From Octopus sinensis (taxonomy: Eukaryota), in assembly GCF_006345805.1 (NCBI RefSeq), contig NC_043010.1, positions 36,828,001 through 36,892,000 of the forward strand: a stretch of 64,000 bases of DNA, given 5' to 3'. This document shows, piece by piece, positions 40,290-50,460 of the stretch; position 1 is the first letter of the stretch, and the number at the start of each line of letters is the position of its first letter. Position numbers and translations under genes: made by a program. The notes beneath the pieces were generated by a model. The model ran no database searches and had not been told where the DNA came from. It saw nothing but the letters and a program-made list of their open reading frames with translations.

Positions 40290-41545
40290 GATTAAGTTAT
40301 GACAGATTAACAAATAAATTAGTGCAACTTAGATGAGAGGCACAGTTTGGATTTATGCCAAGTCAGAGAGTACCCTCTTTCTAGCAAGGCAAAATACAAG
40401 CAAACCAAACCACTATAATTAGTATTTGTGGATCTGGAGGAAAATCTTTGGCAAGATAACTCTACTCCGAAGCTAGGCGGTCATTAAAAAAGGTAGGTGG
40501 AGATGAATAGTTTGTGAGAAGCATTCAAGTTATGTACAGAGATGCTGTCAAGATGAGAGTTAGCAATGAGTTCAGTGAGGATTTTAGTGTGCAGGTAGAT
40601 CTCAATCAAGGATCTGTTCTTAACCCTAGTCCTGTTAATTATAAATCTCCAGACCCTAACAGAGAAGTTTAAGATTGGCTATTCATGGAAAATCTACGTT
40701 GAAGTCATCTATAGTTCTCATGGTTGTTTCCATTTAAGTAGATCTCAAAGTAAACTTGAAAAAGACTAAAGTCTTAGTCAAGGAGGAACTGTAAGACAGT
40801 ATCTACTGCCATCTGGGAAGTGCCCATGTGCAATATGCAGGAAGAGTTGACAAATTCTATGAGGTGTACCCAACTATTGGTGCACGAGATATATAGTGGG
40901 ATCAGAAGCACAATAACAGGAAATAAAGACTATGTCTGTGACAGATAGCCAAAAACAGTTAGCAATCATCCATGTAATAAATTATTTTAATGCTCAGATG
41001 GCTCCCTAGTAGTTGATAGCTTTTTTGTTTCCTAGGTGACCTTAATTAGTACTTGAAGAGGTACTCCAAAAGCATACTAGGTGTAAACTGTTCAAGGAGC
41101 TGTTACTTCTGCTGAAAATAAAAAGATTTTTTTTTTTCCTTCAAGTGAAGAGTAGCTAGCATGATGCATAGTTGCCTAACATGGAGACTAAATTCAAGTG
41201 ATGTGCATTATGTGCTGAAAAGAATGAAACAAGTATGCCTAATTGGATGTGCAATGAAGTATGCCTGAATAACAAAGCACAAATGAGCTGACAGAGAAAC
41301 TGGATACTTCATGCATTAAAATATAGTGTGCAAAAAGAGAAAACTGCACTGGTGCGGACATATAATATGTATGGATGATGATAGTTGATTAAGTGCTAAA
41401 AGATTCGAGAGGAAGAAAACAACCATAGGCAGAAATGCTGACAATAAATCTTGGGAGATAAAACCACACAAAGGACATGACAAAAAATACTACAAACTGC
41501 AACATGCTGAGGAGGAGACCTTCCCAGCATGGAAAACAGAGATAG
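40290..41545 (+). mobile_element. Decayed RTE-clade LINE: reverse transcriptase, Cys-rich insert and 3' end
   Basis: Frame-broken translation gives QFGFMP, FVDLE, V-MYRDAV, QGSVL-P, VNLKKTKVLV, GKCPCAICRK...NSMRCTQ, VDSF-FLGDL, KELLLLL and a CGHI-CMDDD-like segment in canonical RTE order. There are many stops and frameshifts. Confidence 0.85.
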
Positions 41546-42772
41546 AAATGTTAAATGTTAGCATATTTAACTGTGTTAAGTAGAAATAAATAATGAAAAA
41601 AGAAAAAGAGAGTTAATGATTGTTTTTGTTTTCTTATAGGAGACAATTCCAGACAGGTTTTGGTCTTATTCTGACCTCATCAAACTCGACAAAGTATAAC
41701 AGTTTACTGTACATGTGGGAGTAATGATCAAAGAAATCATTACATTAAAATGTACAAAAACTGTATTTTATCATAAACAGCTATTAATTAATCTCATCTG
41801 CTTCACAATAAAGCGACTCTGGAGATCAAAAAATATATTTATGAGCTTAATTAATAAAACGATTTCAAACCAAGAATAGAATTTAAAACAGAGGCCACTG
41901 AAATAGATCCTAATTAAGAAATGAAACAAGTAAAACTAAACAAAAGACAGCCAGTCATTTCAGAATAATTACTGGCACCCAATGACAAAATCACAATTTT
42001 TATTTATACATTTTGCTTTATTTCAGGTTCAGAAACAAACATGCAAACAAAAGAAATATCCCCATTACTTTAGTTTGAAATCCAGTGCACCTGTGTAGGT
42101 CAATCATACTTGCCAATGAAATTAAGTCAGCAGGTGTGGTGATGTGTGTGTGAATACACATACACACACACAACCACATCTGTTTAATCCCACAAAAATT
42201 ATTTTAACCATTCCTTACAATGAAGCATGTGTATATGTCTGTCAGTCAATCCTGCCAAGTACCATGCAATTCTTCCTAGCCAACTATTTTACCAATAAAA
42301 GTTTTTATTCTATTTACTCTTCTAAAAAGCTATTGAACTCTTTCTGGCAATGTTTCTAACCAATTGAATGTTACAATTAATTTTCAATTAATGAAAACTT
42401 CCAAAGAGATTTACTGCAATATCAGTAATACCATATGCAACTTAATTATAACATTTTTTTTTTATTAGTTTCAACCAAGCTGTGGCAGAAACATAAATAT
42501 GCATATACTCAATAAAGTTGGTCACATTACTTGATTTCTATTAATTTTATTAACCCCCCAAAAATGCCCACAGGCAAAAGCAGCTTCAGCAACATATTGA
42601 ACTCAGAATGCAACAGATCAGAACTACATGTCATTCAATGGAATGAATGAAAGAGTATTTTGCAACCAAGTTTTGCACTAGCAAATTCCAACATCCATAG
42701 CACAGATACAGTTTCCAATTCAAATATCAAGTCTTGGTCTAGCTAAAAGGATAATAATAAAGGGCTGAAAGA

Positions 42773-43030
42773 CAGGAGTGTAGCTTGGGCAGGGCAAGCA
42801 GGGCACATGCCCTGGGTGCCACTTTGGCCACGATCATTTTCTAATTAAGTCATTAAAAAAAATTTTTTTAACCTGTTCAGGCATGGTTTGTTTTGCTTAT
42901 TGCTAGTCAATTTTTTAAAACCAGTTATTCATTTTTTCTATAAGAATTTCCACTTTCTGGTGGTGGTGGTGGGGTGGGGGCACAATTTTGATGATTGCCC
43001 TGGGCGTCATTTACCCTAACTACACCCCTG
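42773..43030. mobile_element. hAT-type MITE (258 bp)
   Basis: 17-bp TIRs CAGGAGTGTAGCTTGGG / CCCTAACTACACCCCTG (14/17 match) and an imperfect 8-bp target duplication CTGAAAGA / CTGAACGG (6/8). Two internal TGCCCTGGG repeats. Confidence 0.7.
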
Positions 43031-43235
43031 CTGAACGGTAATAATATTCTTAGGAAATATTAGAATAGATGTAACCAAAATTAAAGCATACACACAAAAT
43101 TAACAACAAAAAAAGAACCTGATGAATGAATAAGTTCTGTTTCATTGTCCAAAGACAGGAATGTATTAATGATAAGTTTCTGGCATTTTAAAATTATGGA
43201 GAGCTTTAATTTTCAAAGTTCCCATACCCTGTTCA

Positions 43236-43453
43236 CCCTTTTGTTACTGTATTTATTTTGAGATGCTGTGTTTCTTTCATTTACTTTAAATAAAACAAAG
43301 AATTTAGTAAAATAAATTTGTTATCATTAAGCTAGTGTTAGGAACATAAATTAAGACTAAGGTTTGGTGGAAGATTTAAATTAAAAACTTATGAAAACAA
43401 GACATTTGTACTCAGAGCCAGAGCCGGTTTCAGCCGGGTTGGTAACGAAAGGG
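43236..43453 (+). mobile_element. MITE family G
   Basis: TTCA-CCCTTTTGTTAC...GGTAACGAAAGGG-TTAA; highly similar to 59091-59310. Confidence 0.85.
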
Positions 43454-43594
43454 TTAATAATGTTCTTGAGACAGAGATGAATAACAGCAGATCCTATCCA
43501 CCCTACTATGAATTAGGTGGCTTTTTTTTTAATCAAGTAAAAACAAAGACGGTATGTATTATTAAACAGATATGACCATGTCTAAGCTACTTAC

Positions 43595-43711
43595 TACACT
43601 GGAATCAACACTATTTGCAATTTCATCAATGAAATTTCAAAACTGAAACAAATTTTGAATTCTGAGTTGCATATAATGTCAGTGACCAGGTTGAAGATGT
43701 CGTGCATGATA
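43595..43711 (-). other. Candidate 117-nt frame-symmetric exon
   Basis: Acceptor ctttttattctttgacag and donor GTAAGT (43594-43589). One frame is open (IMHDIFNLVTDIICNSEFKICFSFEISLMKLQIVLIPV); no homology recognised. Confidence 0.3.
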
Positions 43712-44804
43712 CTGTCAAAGAATAAAAAGTGAAACAACAGCACATCATTGTTTATATGGTCATTATACATCTACCACAATGCAAATTTTGAAAACATATG
43801 TGCATGCATATGCACATGTATATATAGAGAAAGAGGTATCGTTAATAATGGAACTCGAAGCAAGGAGAGCTAAGTATTGGCTGGTAAAAGTTAAAGGTTA
43901 CATGAAGGATGCAAACCCACATTTTCTGTAAATGTTCAGCCATTTTATATGTCACGGAGGAAGGAGGAGAAGAGTTACATACAACCTCAACTCTGACAAT
44001 GACAGTACTCTTAGCAAAAGTTTATGTCAATCATAAGTGTGGAGTTTTATCACCATCTGCATGCATCGATGATCTCACTGCACATTCGGTCACCAACACC
44101 TGAATTTTTATCTCCTTTCACATTGCTTTTTCTCTAATTTTACTTTTCTTATTATTCCTGAGGAAAGTGGACAAAAATATAATAGAGAGTAGATCCTACG
44201 CACAATATGCCAAATAGCATACACATTTGAAAGTAAATGTACACATATACATCTAAATATTCATACGTATGTACATATACGCACATGTATGTATGCATAT
44301 ATATATAAACACACATATGTGATATATAGACAAATAGACATGTACATATGCACATGCACACACAGTACGCACACATTTACATCTATATACGCTAACACAG
44401 ACCAACACCAACCTCTTTGAAGTCTGATCATTAGACACCCATACATATATATACACATATATGTTTAAAATTTTTAATTATAAATATTTGGAAATTGTAT
44501 GTCAGGAACTATATATATTTCAGATAAATAACTGGACAAATGAAGACAAGGTAAAACATATGACTTACAGCTAAACTAGAAAATTGTACATATTTAGAAA
44601 TTATAATTCTAAATATTTAGAAATTTTATGCAGATGTACTTAATTCAGAATTTACTGATGGTAACTAAAACATGTGTCAAGAACCACATGTTGGCATTTC
44701 TAGGCAATCATATCTTCTAGCATTACAGACATTTGAAATGTATAATTGCATAAGAACACTTGCTAAAGTATATTCTACAATCAACAAGTGTAGGCATGAC
44801 TATC

Positions 44805-45108
44805 TAGTAAAGAAGCTCGCTATGTAGGTTCAGCCCCACCGTGCGACACCTTGGGCAAGTGTCTTCTGTTATAGCCTGTGGCCAACCAATGCCTTGTGAA
44901 GAAATTTGGTAGATGGAAGTTGTATGAAAGCCAGCCACGCATGCACACACGTGTGTGTGTGTTCTCCCACACCACCTGGCAACTGGTATTGGTTTGTCTA
45001 TGCACCTATAACTTAGCAGAGACCAAAAGAGTAAACGAAAATAAGTACTAGGTTCCATGTGGTGCCCCAGCATGACTTTGGTCCAATGTCTGAAACAAAT
45101 AAAAGAAT
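44805..45108 (+). mobile_element. SINE family A (degenerate)
   Basis: GGTTCAGCCCCACC...CACCTTGGGCAAGTGTCTTCTG...TTTGGTAGATGGAAG...AATAAGTACTAGG...GTGCCCCAGCATG. Confidence 0.8.
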
Positions 45109-46169
45109 ACAGCAAACTAAACGATTATAAATCCACCCCCTCTATTCCCTCTTGACCATTCCAGCTCACTTAACATCCCCATAACAGAACCCTTCCTGCA
45201 TCATGGAAACAGCTTCATTCCCATTTGCCCCAGATTAAATTTCTCAACTCCCTACCTGAAGCCTATAATAATAGCGACAACTTTCACATCTGCTTGCCTC
45301 ACCTTCTTTAATAACTAAAGCCCATCATTGGGAGGTGTGGCTTTTCAACCATAATGAAAGTGAATTCAACTGAAGCTGGGAAGTATACAAAATGGATTCT
45401 ATCACAACAGCATGAGATGAAGATATGCACTTGATGAGGTGCAGCAAAGGCAACCAGTCTCAGAGAGCAGTAATTTCAAATAAAAACTAATGCAGAGTAT
45501 AGAAAACACTTTAGTCCAAATGGAGAACCTTTTCATACCAGTGGGTCAATAAAATTCACCCAGTTTATTCTCTAAATTGGTTAGTAATAAGAATGACATC
45601 CAGCCATAACCAATATAAAAGAAAGGAGAGAGAGAGAGAGAAAGTCAGTTTTCTTCATACTATTAGATGAAGAACTATCACAAAAATAAAGCTTAAAATA
45701 ATGACAACATACACACATATTTTATCTTCTTGAGCTACTCCAATGATAATGTTAATTCCATTGAAAGATTTGGATTTCTTTTCTTTTTTGAACTCCACTT
45801 AGACATTCATATCCATTGAGATGGTTTCCATCAATTCATGTGTTTGTAGACCTAGACATATTACACACACACACTGCAATGGGAATGCCATTTATTTTTA
45901 GCTAGAGAGAAAGTATACTTGCCTATGAGAAAATTGCAGTGATAAATAAAATTTCAACCTCTTAAGTCTACATTAACATTGAGTAGTCTACAACATAAAT
46001 GACCTCATGTGTGTGCGTGATTTGATTTTTTTTTTTTTTACCACTTAAGAATTAACTCCAGTTTCTTGATATTACTGTCTTGTGTTAACTGCCCCAGCCA
46101 TTTAAAACATTCATATTTCAATTAAAATTGCAATCAAATTACATTATTATTATTATTATTATTATTACG

Positions 46170-46385
46170 GTGACAAGCTGGCAGAATCATTAGCATGCCA
46201 GGCAAAAATGCTTAGCGACATTTTGTCTGTCTTTTACGTTCTAAGTTCAAATTCTGCTGAGGGTGATTTTGCCTTCTATCCTTTCGGGGTCAATAAATTA
46301 AGTACCAGTGAAACACTGGAGTTGATGTGATCAACTAGTCCCCTCCCACCAAATTTCAGACCTTGTGCGTTTAGGAGAAAGGATC
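46170..46385 (+). mobile_element. SINE family D
   Basis: CAAGCTGGCAGAATCATTAGCATGCC...TTCTAAGTTCAAATTCTGC...ATCCTTTCGGGGTCAATAAATTAAGTACCAG...AAATTTCAGACCTTGTGCG, preceded by (TAT)n. Confidence 0.85.
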
Positions 46386-47316
46386 ATCATCATCACGTGT
46401 CACTTCTCCAACCATTCAAGTTTAAATTAAAATCGCAATCAAAACTACATTATAATTATTATTACTACATGTGTTATATTCAAAACTCAAATAAATAAAA
46501 TTTTTAAAAAAACAGTCATTTTACTGAAGTCATCCATTATTTTTTTTTTCCACTAATATTTTGAAATGAAACATTAACAACTAAGCAGTTTATTCTTTGT
46601 TGGAAATAGGGTCACAAAGGGATTTAATTAAAGTCTAATGATTCAATAGCAGTGACCCAAGAAGGAATAGCTCTCAGAAATACGTGGAAGCTAATCAATC
46701 ATGCTAGCCTACTTCACAGAGATTTTGCCCAAATGCTACTACTACTACTACTGCTTTTACAAGCTCAGCATCACTAAAATATCAAATTCAAATTTTGGAT
46801 CTGGGAAGACAGATCAGATCTGGCTGTGATACAAAATTTTCTAGTTGCTTTTGTCTATAATTTATAATCCTTCAAATCCCACTTTCAAATTTTGCGGAGA
46901 ACACCTTTCCCCTCCATCGTTTCAAAGTCAATGCAAAATGTTGAGGAAAGGAGCAGCACATTCTTTATTGGGCTGTCCAAGTGAGGAAATAAGGGACTAC
47001 TGCCAAGAGATAGATACTTGTAATACAGCTGACCGAAAATACAGATAGATGAAATTCCCAACAGATACTCATACAAGATTAGGCAAAGCACAGTGCACAC
47101 AAAGACTGTTGGGTTGCTCTACTTAATCCCTGTTTGAATACAGTTAAGTTGTTGACCTGAATTGTTGTGTTATGTCACAATAATATTTAAGATAAAGAAT
47201 GTGTAATCTTGATTTTTTTTCCCTACTGATAAGCAGGTAGTTATTATTCAAAGTAACTTTTACTGATATAGAATGCTTGTTGGGCTGATTGGTTTACAAA
47301 AACTAGCCGGTTTTTT

Positions 47317-47351
<35 letters not shown>

Positions 47352-47500
47352 AGGTTTCTCTTTTGTTTTTGCGTCTTTTACCAAGCAAGACACTCATCGA
47401 GAAATGCACATTACAGGCACTGGGTTGAGCATTCAGATCCAATTACACATTACTTGACTCAGTTTGCTCATTTAGAAATTTAACTCCATCCCCCACTTAC

Positions 47501-47563
47501 CATCACATACTCCACACCCACAAAAAGAGAGACAACTACACTAATCCTCAAGTCACTTGGCAT
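47501..47563 (-). CDS. Candidate first coding segment: signal-peptide-like MPSDLRISVVVSLFVGVEYVM, in exon 47501-47598
   Basis: 3' splice site with branch-like TTTAAC (47633-47628), a long pyrimidine tract and CAG/CAG; donor ATG|GTAAGT (47500-47495); an in-frame TAA immediately before the ATG at 47563; a hydrophobic core after an Arg. Confidence 0.5.
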
Positions 47564-48059
47564 TTAAGAAAAAATGGTATCCAGTTGTAAAATGCCTGCT
47601 GAAGAGAGAGAGAGAATGAAAGAAAATGTTAAATCTACACTTCTCCATCCCCACTCTCTCTTTAGAGGATAGAGTGACATAGTTGGATCTTCACAAATGG
47701 AATTACAAATAATTTTAATTAATTGAAATAACAGATGGGGGAGGGATGCTCCCACCCCTCTCATTTACTGGTTTTTTTTTTGCTTGCTTTTTTTTACAAT
47801 CAAACAAGATATCTGATATTAAATCATTATCATAGCCTCATTATTCATTATGAAGAATAACACAACTATTTACTTTATTTTATTTTGTTTTAAAAGAAGG
47901 CAAAACCAAAAAAACAACCATTTTAATGACAGTTTAAAATCCATCATTGTATGATGAAGTCCTCCAAAAAAGGCCAAAAATTATAATATAAGTTGTTTAT
48001 TATTTTGCTTCCCTCTAAATTACTAAAAAAAAAAATCAATAAAACTAAAAGGAGGAAAC

Positions 48060-48800
48060 ATTTGCAAGCACACAGCGTACCACCACCACCACCACCACCA
48101 TAAAGACTCACTATGTGCGATGATGCTATTTCTTTACCAAACAACACATTCCTTCATGATTAGAAATGTAGGAAAAGTAATAAATGGGAGGAGGAGGAGG
48201 AGGAGGGAGGGATAGAGAGAGAGGGGGAGAGAGTATGTGTCAGTGTGCACTTGCGCGCATGTATGCGTGTGTGTAGCTGTTCGACTTGCATTACAACACT
48301 GATGTTGCACTAAGTAGACAAATATTCCAAAAATTGCAACAAACAAACAAAAATCAATGAAAACAAATAAATAAATGCTTCTAGCAATTGTGGGTGTGGC
48401 AGGGAGGGGAGAGGCACTGTGTGTGTGTGTGAGAGAGAGAAAGGGAGAGAGAGAGAAGGGGGGATGATTGGAGAGGTAAGAAAAGACTTGCTCAGCTCCG
48501 TAGTAATGATAACTAACTACTATAGCAGTAGTTGAAACCTTGCTTCTTCCTCTTCTACAACAACCCACACGCCATTCCACCTGCGGCCCCTCCCACCCCA
48601 CCCCACACCCACCATACATTAACCGATATTCCTGCACCAACACTGTGTTACCAATAGTTTAGATACACAAGCCAGACAATTTATTGAACACATAACCAAA
48701 ATAGAAATTTTGTTTGATTTTTGGTCGTTTGTGTTTTAAGAGTGGGGGTCGCTTTGTTGCCCTCACCATCACCGCACACACACACACACACACCTCCATT
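48060..48800 (-). promoter_or_regulatory. Promoter/5'-UTR-like region with a candidate upstream untranslated exon ending at 48112
   Basis: Local CpG cluster (about a dozen CpGs, including GCGCGC), GA/GGA/CA tracts, a C-tract run forming a minus-strand G4 motif, and a GTGAGT donor at 48111-48106 that would give a 513-nt intron to 47598. Confidence 0.4.
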
Positions 48801-49394
48801 TAAACAGCCACTCAAAATATTGATTATTTAATTTCTTTGAGAATAAAATCAAGGCTCCTTTACCTTCATAATAAAAGGAAGCAGGCATAAATTGGATGAA
48901 TAATCTCATGTTGTTTGGTATATTACTGGCATTCAGGAAAACCTAGTTAGTGTAACAAACAGATAGGACCTAGAGATCTTTATGAATAAAAAAAATAATA
49001 AAGCTTGACTTTAGATGGTTTTGGTTCATAATAGTGAAAATGTAAGAGCAATGAAAGCCTTTGGCTTAAGAGTGAAAAGAATACCATAATGATAGCATGG
49101 CTACAAAAGAAAGCAACTAGTCAGTGTTAGATTTTTTGATATATTGCAGTGGAAACATTTTGGTAGGTGGATAAGGTAGGAGTGACTAGAAGACAGAATG
49201 TAAATATAATATGAAAATATTTCTATTATCAATATATTTAATCTTTCACAAAATGTCTACTTTGTTAGAGTAGAAGGTTTTTATGTTTGCCAACTACTCT
49301 AGTGCCTCAAATTGCAGAGTTCAAAGACCTGAAGTCCGGTGAGGTTTATGTGTATATAACTGCATTTATATTACTGTATACAAACATGTATGTA

Positions 49395-49600
49395 TGGAGG
49401 TGCATGGCTTAATTGTTAAGGTGTTGGACTCCTGTTCGTGTGTGGTTTCAATTCCTAGATCAGGCAATGCATTATAATCTTGAGCAAAACACTTCATTCT
49501 ACATTGCTCCAGCTCACTCAGCAGGTAAAAATGAGTAATCCTACAAGGGTCTGGCATCCCATCCAGAGAAACCAGGAGACCAGCCATATGCTCCTCACAG
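49395..49600 (+). mobile_element. SINE family E variant
   Basis: TGGCTTAATTGTTAAGGTG...TTCAATTCC...CTTGAGCAAAACACTTC...GCTCCAGCTCACTCAGC...CTGGCATCCCATCCAG. Confidence 0.7.
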
Positions 49601-49761
49601 AGTAATGTGAACTAACCATACATGTATGGATGTGAACATGCATCATATGTGTATGAACTTACATGCAACCAGAAAAGATGCACAAACATTAAATTCCCTC
49701 ACTAAATAATTGTTATAATATCAATTAAAAATTACCAAAATGTACTTATTAACCAGTCAAC

Positions 49762-49972
49762 ATTAAGATTACTTTGTCAAATATAATGCATATTTATTCA
49801 GGGTTTTTGATTAATTATGCATTCTCTTATAGAATTGAGATTTTGATGATGTAATCATTTATTTTTAGAATGGCATTGTAGAGTAGGTGTGAGAAGCCAG
49901 ATCTGGCCAGTTTAAACAAAAATCAGGTAGAATACATTTGGGCCAAGTATGGCTGGTATAAGTAGAAAAGGG
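49762..49972 (-). mobile_element. MITE family F
   Basis: Interior matches family F; right end AAAAGGG-TTAA (49973-49976). Confidence 0.75.
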
Positions 49973-50350
49973 TTAAGCTTTCACAAGGTAAAATGTTGAG
50001 CCACTTTCAAGTTCACCAGTTGCACCTTGCATGGAAGATACGGTTACAGGTCAACTACTAGATTTTTCTCTTAAGACTTGAATTAACATTTCATGTAACA
50101 GTTTATACTAACAACAATAACATCACCAGAATAAGTGATCATTCAGCTGACTACCTGGCTGAATCCAGCTTGACTTAGAACTATGCAACAACATTACCAA
50201 GGATTACCAAAGACAGATAGACAGACACAACAGGAGACATCTTACTGCTTCTATGATGAATAAATAATTATTAGGTGTTTCCACATACAATAGCAACCAA
50301 AATCAAAATACCTCCTGCCAGAAGTTAAAACCAAGTCGCAAGGCACTGAT

Positions 50351-50352
<2 letters not shown>

Positions 50353-50436
<84 letters not shown>

Positions 50437-50460
50437 CGTGTACGTGTGCGTGTGTGTGCA
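50353..50460. repeat. (TG)n microsatellite grading into (TGCG)
   Basis: Directly visible, ~108 bp. Confidence 0.95.

Noticed and set aside
48134-48643. Longest ORF in the track (169 aa, minus strand)
   Set aside because: It begins at a non-ATG codon, runs through GT/CT/CA simple repeats and has no recognisable domain; better explained as promoter/UTR sequence.
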